DNA from: Octopus bimaculoides
Taxonomy: Eukaryota
Direction of reading: 5' to 3'
Length of the DNA stretch: 64,000 nt
Assembly (NCBI RefSeq): GCF_001194135.2
Contig: NC_068986.1
Span: 116,029,599 to 116,093,598 of the forward strand
In this document: piece by piece, positions 1-11,952 of the stretch
Position numbering within the stretch: the first letter of the stretch is position 1
Layout of the letters: each line of letters opens with the position of its first letter
The notes under the pieces: generated by a model
What the model saw: the letters and a program-made list of their open reading frames with translations, nothing else
Told to the model about the DNA's origin: nothing
The model's database searches: none
Made by a program: the position numbers and the translations under genes

Positions 1-289
1 CCCTATCAGCCTATTAACCCGGAAAGCAGTTACTCAGTAAAAATGCTGGCTATAATCAATCGCTACTCCAGCTGTGGTTTGAACCCTCAGCTGCCATGTT
101 AGTTTTAGTCAATGCTCCCGTTTGATACACTGACCTGAGACTTTTCTAATGGATGATATTTTCGGTAAAAACATAAAAAGCTATATTTGCTCATTCAATA
201 TGTAGACAGACAGAAACATGCATGTACATATATACACATACATATTGAGAAATATATATGTATGTGCTTGTGTATATATATATATATAG

Positions 290-339
<50 letters not shown>

Positions 340-920
340 CACACACACACACATATACATATACACTCTCTACCAGCATTCACACAAGCACACACACACA
401 TGTGGAAACTTGATTTGTCAAAGTTTGGTTTTGATTGTAGCTTTTTCTGGAGATGTTGCTTTTGGTTTCTTATATTTCTACTTGGTTTGCTGTGACAGCA
501 TGTAGGGACTTCATTGTAGTATTGGGGTTCACACTCCACCCTCCTCCACACGATTTTATCATAATAATAATGATAATAATAATCGTAACAAAGTAGCAGT
601 TATACACCAATAGAAAAGGGATGAGGGATTTACTCCACTTTAGGTGAAAAGTTGGATTGCTGGTGAGGCACATTGGAGCTGTGTGACACCATGGCCCATT
701 GAGACGCACTGTCCACTATGACATGGTATTTCACAGTGCCATTGGGTGCATTTGTATGGCACGTGCAAACCAGTAGTATATTCTGTAGTGCAGCATGACA
801 TGGTGGAGCATCATGGCACAGTGACCTGATCTCATTTATACATTCCCACCCACTTGAATTTTCTTAAGTTTTCATGCCTGTGTAAGCAATCATCATCATC
901 ATCATTATTATTATGAGGAA

Positions 921-1132
921 CTGGATCGGCAGAACCAGCAGAGCATTGGGAAAAATGCCTTTGTGTTATTTTGTTTCTGTTCTTTGTTTTCTGGGTTCAA
1001 ATCGTTTGGAGGTCAACTTTGTCTTTCATCATTCAGAGATTAAAGTACCAGTCAAGTATTGGGGGTTGATTGTTACCATCCCCTCAAATTTCAAACCTTG
1101 TGCTAATGTAAGAAATTATTATTATTATTATT
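921..1132 (+). mobile_element. tRNA-derived SINE family A, old CpG-decayed copy
   Basis: Aligns to the young copy at 15817 (ggttcaaat B-box, gtcaactttgtctttcatc core) and ends in a (TTA)n tail. Confidence 0.7.
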
Positions 1133-1143
1133 ATCATTCTCCC

Positions 1144-1355
1144 CTGTTAGCATGCTGGACAAAATGCTTGTAACATTTTTTCCAGCTTTGTGTTCTGTGT
1201 TCAAATCCTGCCCAGGTTCACTTTTCCTTTCATCCTTTCAAGGTCGATGAAACCAGTACCAGCTGAGCACAAGGGTCGATGTAATCGACTAACCCTGTTC
1301 ACCCCAAATCTCAAGCCTTGTGCACATAATAGAAAGGATTATTATTATTATTATT
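1144..1355 (+). mobile_element. SINE family A, second tandem old copy
   Basis: gttagcatgctggacaaaatgctt head, gttcaaatc box, ggtcgatgtaatcgact core, (TTA)n tail. Confidence 0.75.
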
Positions 1356-1773
1356 CGACTTCTCCCAGTTGAAATCTCCTCTATAACATGCCTTTTTAAT
1401 TGTTTCATGTTTTTATTAGATACATAATTATTTTCTTGCAAATTTTTTTGATATTTATATTAGAGATATTATGATAAACACAAGATGCAGTTTGTATCAT
1501 TTGTTCCCCATGTATGTCTCCCCTGCAGTGGTTATTTGTAACCACTGCAGGGGATGTTACCAATACAATTGGTTGCTGAACCACTACAACTTCTTCGAGG
1601 AACACTTCATTGCATCATGTTATACAGACCAAGTGCTTCTGACTGTACATGTGAGATGTCATCTATCTGTCTGTCTTATCCTATCTATCTATCTTTATCC
1701 ATCCATCCTTCTATCTATCTATCTATCTATCTTTTTCTATCTATCTATCTATTTATCTATCTATCTATTTATC

Positions 1774-1824
<51 letters not shown>

Positions 1825-1885
1825 CTATCTTTATCTATATGTGCATGCACACACACACACACACACATGCATGCACATGCATACA

Positions 1886-2052
1886 CAGGTGCAGGTATGT
1901 GTGTATCAACTTTGCTTCAGAACCACAAAAGGTTCCAAGTTCAATTCCACGGCATAGTGCTTTGGTCAAGTGCCTTCTGTTACAGTTTCAAATTGACCAA
2001 TGCCTTGTGAGTGAAATTTAGAAGGGAGAAACTGTAAGGAAGCTTATCATGT
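1886..2052 (+). mobile_element. SINE family B 5' half, decayed
   Basis: ggttccaagttcaattcc box followed by ggtcaagtgccttct and gccttgtgagtg; alignable to 60512-60670. Confidence 0.6.
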
Positions 2053-2573
2053 ACATATGTGTATAATATATACACATACACAAAGAAATGATTCATGTTT
2101 TGAGGTAAAACTTTATGGATTTGTAGTTTTGTCTCTCTTCTTTACTGGTTTGCTATGGAAAGAGGGGCTGTGACCCCCTCCGTTATCCTTCACAGGCCCC
2201 TTTTTGAGACTTCTCAGATCAGAGTAGTTAATGTTTCTCTTGAACAAACTCAGGAAATATCTTTGTAAATCAATGGTTGAAGGAATTCTGAAAGGATTTC
2301 TTTTGCGACTCTAATGTTTCTAACAATGATAATAATAATAATAATGATAATGATGACTTTTGTATTGGCCACAGGGGCTCAAACATTAGGAACTGTTCAG
2401 GGACATCTAATTTAGGATACAGTGGTGGAGCGGGGGTTGGAGGCTGAGATGAAATGGTGAAAAATGGTGGCATAAAGATATAAATTAATATAACTGTATA
2501 TATCATTTCTCCCTCTGTTGATATGCCTTAACGACGTTTAGCTATAATTAGTAAATCATGTATGTGAGACACT

Positions 2574-2604
<31 letters not shown>

Positions 2605-3557
2605 AGGCACATACACACAGGCACATACACACAGTCTCACACACATGCACACTGAAGTTTGTGTGTGCCTTTCCATATCTCTGTATTTCCCCCCCTGTCT
2701 GTTTGCTTCCCCCCCTCCATCTCCCTCTAAATATCAATCACCATAAACTGTCATCTTTAAATCCTATTTTGTTTCATTACTTTACCTTGATATTTTAATT
2801 AATTACACTGCTGAATTATTCATTAATCCCAAATCTCATTCTGCTGATCTATTATTTCATATGTGTGTACATATATATATATATTCTTCTATTCTCTTCA
2901 ACCCAAATGCTGTGGCCATGCAGACACACACACACACATACACACACACATATTCTTCTATTCTCTTCAACCCTAATGCTGAGGCCATGCTGGGGTATAT
3001 ATATACACATAATCTCTCTCTATCTTCCTCTTCATCTTCCACGTCACCAAACTCCTGTTCTGTCCCTTGTATTATCCTTTGTTCTTTATTACTAAATACC
3101 ATCAATGAAAAGAAAAAAAACCCCCCAATTATTACATAATGATGCATTAAATATATAAATATAAATATATATACATATATATATATAAATATATAAATAA
3201 ACATATCCTCAACAGACTTGGCTTTATGCCTGGCTGACATATATCATTACTCTTGTCATCATTATCATCATCATCATTATGTAAGTATGTCTATAGCCAT
3301 CATCATCATCATCATCAGTGATATGCAGTGATCATTTGATTGACTTTCTTCTTTCAGGTGTCTAAAGAGGTTTAATTTTGTCATTAATTCTTTTGAGCAA
3401 GGCATGAATATCACAACCTCTTGTATCCTTAAAAAATAAAGGACAAAAAATGCAAGTAATTAGAGCCATTTTATTATTACCAATAATAATAATAATAATG
3501 ATATAACAATATATTTAATGATTTTGAAAATGATATTTTTTAGTATCAATTATATTT

Positions 3558-3592
<35 letters not shown>

Positions 3593-3865
3593 GGTGATCC
3601 ATTGTTGTTTCAATTTAGAGATTGTCTTCCTGCAGTTAGAGATTAACTCACTCCACCTCTGCCCCCAGCACCACTCTGTCTTTTATCGAATTATTTTTAA
3701 TATCTTTCAAACCTAAATTACTTGGGTGCCTTGTGGTGACTGGTTGTGTGGGACCAGTGCCTTGTGGTGATGAGTTCCGAGTCTTCTCAGACGACATCAT
3801 TTGTTGAATAGTTGTGTGTTTATGTATAAACACATGCATGTTTATATCTATATATATATATATAT

Positions 3866-3970
3866 CATCATCATCGTTTAACGTCCGCTTTCCATGCTAG
3901 CATGGGTTGGACGATTTGACTGAGGACTGGTGAAACCGAATGGCAACACCAGGCTCCAGTCTAATTTGGC
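3866..3970 (-). mobile_element. 3' tail of RTE-type retroelement
   Basis: Reverse complement ends ctagcatggaaagcggacgttaaacgatgatgatg, matching the tail after the RTE at 11507-11538. Confidence 0.7.
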
Positions 3971-5097
3971 ATATATATATATTGTGTGTGTGTGTGTGTG
4001 TGTGTAATAGTTTGTTTTTCTGAAAACCGTTCTTATAATCTGCCCAGGTCCTTCCATCAGTCGTCTTTTGTGATGCCACTTAATGTTGACTGTTGTTAGG
4101 TAATTCTGCTGACACCCATATCATCACACACACACACACACACACACACATGAACACACACTGGTTGACAAGAGGGAATGCTATCAAGGCCTCTTCCCCC
4201 ATTTTCTCTGTACTGTTGCTGCTAGCCCCAGCTTTAATCATTTGGTGCTAACTTTTTGCCCTTAGCCCCACCTTTTAATGTCTAACTTTACTGAAATCTC
4301 AGATTCTTAACCTGAAAGACCCCTAAAAACCCCTGATCAAACCAATCCATGCCTTATTGTTTCTTACAATTCTTTAATAAACTGCCTTATATTAAAAAAA
4401 AAAATAATTATAAAAAACAAATCTCTAAAAAAATATACCCCCCCCCCCNNNNNNNNNNAAAAACAGTGGAGAGGAAACTGTGGCCAAGTGGACAAATTGT
4501 TATTTTTATAGCCAAAAACGTTGTGGGTTCATTTTCCTGCATTGACACTGATGGTGTTTTTTTTTTTTTGTAATTTTTTTCGTATGTTTAAAGAAATTTT
4601 TTTTAAAGATGTATAAAATTCTGATCGACTGACTAATTATCAGCCTCTGTCTGTCTAATCAGTAGATAATGAAATAATCAGGGAGAAACAATCCATCTTA
4701 TTAATGAAGAGTGCTTTGTTACTCTTATGTTATCTAACGAGCAGTGATTTTTTAACCTGAAGCCAAGACTTCTAACAGTAATCAATTTGTGTCCTCGTTT
4801 AGGGTTTTCAATTGTTTATATTTTTTGTGCTGTTATTTTCTATGAAAGAAACTGTAATTATATTTATTGATCTGTTTTAATTAATTAATTTTTATAATTA
4901 TATATATATATACACACACATATATATATATATATATATCTTTGTATCTTTCTATATATTTCTATATATTTTTATCGTCTTACTAACGATTTGGTAAGCT
5001 ATGTAAATAAAGTTATTTTCCCTCAAATATATATGTATATACATACATTCTATGTACATTGTACATCTTAAAATTTAGCTTTGTGTCTACATATATG

Positions 5098-5155
<58 letters not shown>

Positions 5156-5284
5156 TACACACACACATGCACATACAAATGAATGTATACATATGTGCAG
5201 ACATATATATGTATTATAGAGGTGTTTATATACAACAATTTAGTATATATATATCTGCTAATATTCATGTATAAATATATGAAT

Positions 5285-5332
<48 letters not shown>

Positions 5333-5571
5333 NNNNNNNNNNATATAACTATGGATATATATTTATATATGTATGCATATATATATATATATATATATAT
5401 ATCACCATGCACGCACGCACACACACACGCACACATAAAATTATGCATAAATGTGTGTCTGTCTTTATATCCTGCTGTCTCAGGTATTAATAGCTGTTGT
5501 GTGCCTTCTTTTGGGTTGTGCAACATGATTTCTATACGTATATAACTATATGCCCCTCATACATACATTAG

Positions 5572-5622
<51 letters not shown>

Positions 5623-5923
5623 NNNNNNNNNNNNNNNNNNNNNNNNNNNNNNNNNNNNNNNNNNNNNNNNNNNNNNNNNNNNNNNNNNNNNNNNNNNNNN
5701 NNNNNNNNNNNNNNNNNNNNNNNNNNNNNNNNNTGTTATATGTAAACAAACAAGTTTGTTTTGAAGCATTGAAATGTATTGTAGAATAAGTCGGAAGATA
5801 AATTTTCTTCAATGTGTAAATACTGAACAATTTTTTCTGCTCTTAAAAGGAATTTATCCTTTATATATATTGCTCAGTATTTATGTGTTGAAAAAAATTT
5901 ATCTTTTTACTTATATATATATA

Positions 5924-6052
5924 CAGGGTGTCCACAAGGTCTGGGTACATGGAGGAAATAAAATCATAACATAAACAATTAAATATAAGAAATAATAATT
6001 TCTGAAAGTATGTGTTAATCCCCATGTACCCAGACTTTGTGGACACCCTCTG
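5924..6052. mobile_element. Tc1/mariner-type MITE (~130 bp)
   Basis: Arms gggtgtccacaaggtctgggtacatgg / ccatgtacccagactttgtggacaccc (1 mismatch), TA on both flanks inside (TA)n. Confidence 0.8.
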
Positions 6053-6154
6053 TATATATATATATATATATGTGTGTATAGGCACACTTAGATGTATACA
6101 TACATATATATTTATATATGCAGGCACACACACATGTATACATACATATATCTT

Positions 6155-6193
<39 letters not shown>

Positions 6194-6724
6194 ACACACA
6201 CACTCACACAAATGTTGCATATATATGTATATGCAACTTCCCCATCCCTTGTCCATCTTTTCTCTCTCTGATTTCTAAAGTTTTTTTTTTTGTTTCTGCC
6301 ACCCCCTCTTTTATCCCCATACCCCACTCCACCCCTCTGTTTTGGTTTCAAGATCAAATATTCAAAACTCAAAGGCTTCCCCTCCCCCATCTCTAGCCAA
6401 ACTCTCCCTTCCCTCATTTTTCAACAACAACAACAACAACAACAGCTAGAACAAGAATGTAGAGCGTTTTTCTCTGCCTCGACCTCCTCTTCCTCTTCCT
6501 CCCTCCCCCTCCACCAACCTTCAGACAGTCAAATTTAATCAACAATGGAGAAAATAAAGGTATTTTGAAATATTTTTTAATTAGAATTTCTTGTCAGTTT
6601 TTGTTTTCATTTGTTTCTAGTATATGTTGTTGTTGTTTGGCCTCGTAATCAGTCCTGAAAAAGCATTCCAACCATGGCTATCCTGTTTGACCGGCGGCTG
6701 GGTAGGTGGTGGGGGCGGGGAAGG

Positions 6725-6850
6725 ATATTGTCTTGCTAGAAAACGGGTGAGGCTTGGACACAGGAAGGTCACCCAGCTATAAAAAATCTGCTTCGTCAAA
6801 TTCCGTCCAACCCATGCAAGCATGGAAAAGTGGACTAAAACGATGACGAT
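6725..6850 (+). mobile_element. RTE-tail-like repeat fragment
   Basis: ccaacccatgcaagcatggaaaagtggac...aaacgatgacgatg resembles the RTE tail at 3866 and 11507. Confidence 0.5.
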
Positions 6851-7261
6851 GTTGATATTGATCATTGTGTCTTATAGTCAGCTATAGTGTATCAAGGATT
6901 ACATTATCACTGAGTTCGTTTTTTCAATGCAGTGAGATGTGATTTGTGATTTTTTTAAATATATAAAACAAGTTTATTTTATTGGAGAGGGTGGAGAGAT
7001 GGGGGTGCAGAGGAATGGGGGTGTGTGCAGGGTACAGCAGGATAGATATTGCAACTGGGGCCCTCACTAGGTTTTCTTTTGGGCAAGGAACATAATTATT
7101 GTCGTTTTATTGTCCATGTCCTTCCTGTCCACCAACCCTTACCTGTTTCAAAAGAAGCTGATGTTTCCTCATGGCTGGACATGTTTGCATGACATTGGCA
7201 CTTATATATTACGTGACGTCAGAGCAAGGACGGACGGACACACACACACACACACACACAC

Positions 7262-7405
7262 ACGACGGGCTTCTGTCTTTTAACATGTACCTAATCCACT
7301 CAGAAAGCTTTGGCCTAGCCGGGTCAGCAGGCGAAGACACTTGCCCAAGGTGGCGGGTGCTGAACCCCAAACCGTGGGATTGCGAAAGCAAACTTCCTCT
7401 CACGC
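7262..7405 (-). mobile_element. SINE family B 5' half
   Basis: Reverse complement contains ggttcagcac box, ccttgggcaagtgtctt core and gaagcccgtcgt followed by a (TG)n tract. Confidence 0.65.
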
Positions 7406-7459
7406 ATCCTGGATATAAATTCATGGGGATGTTCAGTAAGTTCTGCAGGAGGTGAAATA

Positions 7460-8790
7460 GTTCTACTGCTGGCCGTGGAATGGGTAGAATAAATGAGGCA
7501 ACCCGAGTATTGCGATATAATTATTAGCTTCGTCTAATCAGGAGCAACACAATATCATCGGTTGTATTTGTTTGTGTCCGACTGTCAGCATAGTCAGTTG
7601 TGTAAAGGGGTCTTTTCTTGGAAACTCTCTCGCAGAACCGTCCCAGCAACGACCGGCAGCTATGAAGGTTAATCTCTTTAATGGTTTTTCCAGCATGGAT
7701 GAAGGCTATGGATAGAGCAGGAGGGATTAGGGCTGTTTGTATTCTGTGATGCAAATGTCTTAATCATTTGTAATACTGATTTCAGGAAACGGGGCCAGTC
7801 ACCTGGTTACCTAACAAAGTGAGTGCGCAAGCTAGGTAGACCTTCACGCCGACTAGGAAATGGGATTGACAGAGGGTTGCGATTACTAAATCTTTTCCTA
7901 GGGAAGAATGTATCACTCTATGCAATCAGCGACTTCAGAAATTATGGGGAAGGAAGGTATGGAAGCTGGATAATGTCAGTGTTAGATCACGGTTCAGTGA
8001 GTTTCTGGGTGAGAAGTAGTCGAGAAAGGAAGAACATAGGAGAGGAGAACTGGAAGTTTTTATGAGACAACTTTCTGTAAACCCTAAAGGAGATCTGGAG
8101 CAAGGTACCAACCAAATAGAGGGTAACGTGATTGTCGGTTTGAAGAGCCTTAGAACTAAGAAACCAATTTCGAATTTTTAGGAGAAAGGATAGAGCAGAG
8201 AATAATATTAGGTAGTTAAAAAAAGGAAAGAAAAACGAAAGTAAAGTTAGACATTAATTAAGAGGTTTGCTGATATTTTGTGATGAGATAGGACTCTTTC
8301 TCTCTCAGCGAAGTGGCCATGTTTATTATATTAAAGATGGCCACTTCGCTGAGAGCAGTTGGTAGGAATGTAAACTATGGATGCATAAAGGACGTTGTGT
8401 GGTCAGTGTCAGGTTGATGAGAAGGAAGAGCTTTAAATGCTCGAAATCGTGTCTCACTTAAGAGACGTAACAGCAAAAGGTGAGTTTGAAAGGAAAGTAA
8501 GCAGACTTGAAACGAGGTCGGACAAGTTTAGCCGATTATTTATTCTGCTGGATACGAAGGGAATTCCCGAGTGAATTGGAGAACACACTTGTTAATCCAT
8601 TGCACTTGTGATTTCAAGAAACCGAACAGGATTGAGCCACTACCTTCATGTAGTGACTCAACCCCGTTGACATCTCATCGCCTCAACATCCTCAACTGAA
8701 AGATGTCTTCTGGATACAATAAAGAGGGTACTTTCCTTCTGTTTTAGTGTAGTTTGAGCATCTGGGTTAAAAAGACTATTGATAAAGGCA
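7460..8790 (-). mobile_element. Highly decayed CR1-group LINE (APE endonuclease to RT start)
   Basis: Hand translation across frameshifts gives CNGLTSV..TR..RLNLSDL, TDH, SAKWPSL and AFIHAGKT..SCRSLLGRFCERVSK, loosely matching TR/LDL/SDH endonuclease and PIHK..NYRPISLL RT motifs. Confidence 0.4.
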
Positions 8791-9573
8791 GGTCATTTAT
8801 GAATAAAATAAAATACTATGATATAATTGACCTTATAAAGGGTTAAGGTTAGGGTTCTGTTTGGTAAGCAAGTCTGATAAAAAGAAATGAAAGAAAAATA
8901 AGAACGAAATAAAATAAAACAAACCTTTATAAATACAAAAATCCATTTCAAGGTAGCTGTGGCCACTTACATAATATGAACTTATGGTCTTGTTTACATT
9001 TATCAAATGACTCCGATTCGCTATTTAAATATATCATTTCATATTTTTCGTTTATATTTTGCATTCTTATTCTTCCTTATTTTCCTTTTTAAGGTTTCAC
9101 TAAATAATCATAAACTCTCTTTAAAAGGTTCATTATGAAGAGGATTAACCTTTAGCTATTCATAATTTTTCCTCCATTAACCATGAATTATTTTATTTAA
9201 AAATAAAGACATTTTTTTCCCCGATAATACTCTGAGTCTACCAAACAGAAGCAAAGCAGACTTCTTGTTGCTTCCAAAATACGGATGGTGAGATGTCAAC
9301 ACGTGTCTGAAAATAACTATTCAACGAAGTTGTATTTCTTGAAACTAATAATAACAGGGAACAATAAAGGTAATACCCCCCCCCTACACACACACATACA
9401 CACGGCTATGTTTGCTCTGTAACACAAGCCAGAACATTAGGTTGATCAAAGTCAAACCTGGCGGATGTAATCACAAAAGTACCTTCTATCAGTATGCGTG
9501 CACTGAAGGTAGTGTTGCTAACCCAAAGAAAGTTTTGGCGAAAGTACATATAATGTTTGATTTCTAGCATAAA

Positions 9574-10510
9574 TAAGTGCACTTCGGAAGTTTTGAGACT
9601 TTTTTTTTTAGAAGAGGTAGGTATAACTGTCCTGGATTATTATAACTTTAGTATATCATTACTATGTATCTATTAAGCTGACTTGCCATTTTTTAAAATT
9701 CCCGATTCGTGGCGACGGCTGTATCAGCACTTTGAACATACTCTACTAAACACTGCTTGTCGCTGCTGACAAGTTTTCAGAATGCAGTCGGGTTGTTTGG
9801 AAACAAAATGCAGTCGGGTTGTTTGTGCAATAAAGCTTTGGGTAAAACTGAACAAAAATACTACAGAAACTTCTGAAATGCTCCAGACTACTTATGGATT
9901 AGCTTTCTCGCTGGTACAGCAGATTCAAGGATAGTAGAGAAGAGATGAGAGATGATGAAAGGTGTAGGAGTGAGAGGAACATCGGAACTAGTTGAGAAAA
10001 TTCGCAATTTTCTGGACGAAGACCGTCGTATATTTATAAAGACAAGAAGTATACAGTTTGTGGTGGTTTTGAGAGAGTTTAGGAAGAGATTTCGTCGCAA
10101 AAAGTCAGAGCTCTTCCATTCGGATGAGTGGAACCTGCGCCAGGACAATGCATCAGTCCACAATTCCATCCTGGTAACGAACTACTTGACAGAGATGGCC
10201 ATCAGAACTGCCCCTCATCCGCCCTACAGACCAGACCTCCTTGCTCCCTGTGATTTTTGATTGTCCCCCAAGCTGAAAGAGAACTTCATGGGAAATCATT
10301 TTAAAGATATTGAGAAAATAGAGGATGACAAGTGCCCTGGACACCTTCACTTGGAAGACTTCCACGGGTCCTTCAGAAAGTGGCTGGAGTGCGACAAGTG
10401 CATTGAAGTCAGACGATCCCACTTTGTAGGAGTTTGGAGTTTTGTACTTCTGTGAAATTAATAAATGTCACTCCTGAAAAAGTTTCAAAACTTCTGGAAA
10501 GCACCTGGTA
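9574..10510 (+). mobile_element. Mariner transposon, internally deleted
   Basis: Imperfect TIRs (gtgcacttcggaagttttgagact / agtttcaaaacttctggaaagcac); translation has QDNASVH and HPPYRPDLLAPCDF (mariner HDNA and YSPDLAP-D motifs). Confidence 0.85.
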
Positions 10511-10515
10511 TATAT

Positions 10516-11537
10516 ATGGGCAAAGTTTAGAGAGCTCTTACCTCTGCTGGCGACAAAGGGACTCTCACTCAGAGTAAAAGGCAGACTGTATGACGCATGT
10601 GTACGAACAGCCATGCTACATGGCAGTGAAACATGGGCTGTAACTGCTGAGGACATACGTAAGCTCGCAAGGAACGAAGCCAGTATGCTCCGTTGGATGT
10701 GTAATGTCAATGTGAATACCCGTCAGAGTGTAAGTATCTTGAGAGAAAAGCTGAGCATTAGAAGCATCAGTTGTGGCGTGCAAGAGAGACGATTGCGCTG
10801 GTATGGACATGTGGTGAGAATGGAGGAGGATAGCTGCNNNNNNNNNNNNNNNNNNNNNNNNNNNNNNNNNNNNNNNNNNNNNNNNNNNNNNNNNNNNNNN
10901 NNNNNNNNNNNNNNNNNNNNNNNNNNNNNNNNNNNNNNNNNNNNNNNNNNNNNNNNNNNNNNNNNNNNNNNNNNNNNNNNNNNNNNNNNNNNNNNNNNNN
11001 NNNNNNNNNNNNNNNNNNNNNNNNNNNNNNNNNNNNNNNNNNNNNNNNNNNNNNNNNNNNNNNNNNNNNNNNNNNNNNNNNNNNNNNNNNNNNNNNNNNN
11101 NNNNNNNNNNNNNNNNNNNNNNNNNNNNNNNNNNNNNNNNNNNNNNNNNNNNNNNNNNNNNNNNNNNNNNNNNNNNNNNNNNNNNNNNNNNNNNNNNNNN
11201 NNNNNNNNNNNNNNNNNNNNNNNNNNNNNNNNNNNNNNNNNNNNNNNNNNNNNNNNNNNNNNNNNNNNNNNNNNNNNNNNNNNNNNNNNNNNNNNNNNNN
11301 NNNNNNNNNNNNNNNNNNNNNNNNNNNNNNNNNNNNNNNNNNNNNNNNNNNNNNNNNNNNNNNNNNNNNNNNNNNNNNNNNNNNNNNNNNNNNNNNNNNN
11401 NNNNNNNNNNNNNNNNNNNNNNNNNNNNNNNNNNNNNNNNNNNNNNNNNNNNNNNNNNNNNNNNNNNNNNNNNNNNNNNNNNNNNNNNNNNNNNNNNNNN
11501 NNNNNNGGAAAGCGGACGTTAAACGATGATGATGATG

Positions 11538-11538
<1 letters not shown>
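10516..11538 (+). mobile_element. RTE-clade LINE 3' end spanning an assembly gap
   Basis: AMLHGSETW...RRLRWYGHVVRME before the gap, (GAT)n-tailed terminus after it. Confidence 0.85.
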
Positions 11539-11572
<34 letters not shown>

Positions 11573-11576
<4 letters not shown>

Positions 11577-11952
11577 TGACGTCAGGTAAAAAAGCTGAAC
11601 AGCTTCCATCTCGGAAGCCTACGACGCATACTCGGCATCTCCTGGCAGGACAAGGGGACCTACACCGACGTCCTGACTGGTGCTGACCTCCCTTCCATGT
11701 ACACCTTGCTGAGAGACCGTCGACTACGCAGGCTAGGCCACGTTCGCCGTATGGAGGACGGCCGAATCCCAAAAGGCATTCTCTACGGAGAACTCGCAGC
11801 TGAACAGAGGAACAAGGGTCGCCCGCAGCTGAGGTACAAAGACGTGTGCAGGAGGGACACGAAGACGGTCAACATCGACATCAACTCCTGGGAGGACCTG
11901 GCAGCGGACCGCACCAAGTGGAAGAGCACACTTCTCAAGCAGTTACGGATCA
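11573..11952 (+). mobile_element. RTE-BovB-like LINE 3' fragment
   Basis: Open frame KLNSFHLGSLRRILGISWQDK...RRLRRLGHVRRMEDGRIPKGILYGEL...GRPQLRYKDVC. Confidence 0.85.

Noticed and set aside
3359-3455. Plus-strand acceptor/donor pair (tttcag/G ... gcaa/gtaatt)
   Set aside because: The best frame stops inside the segment and nothing else supports it.
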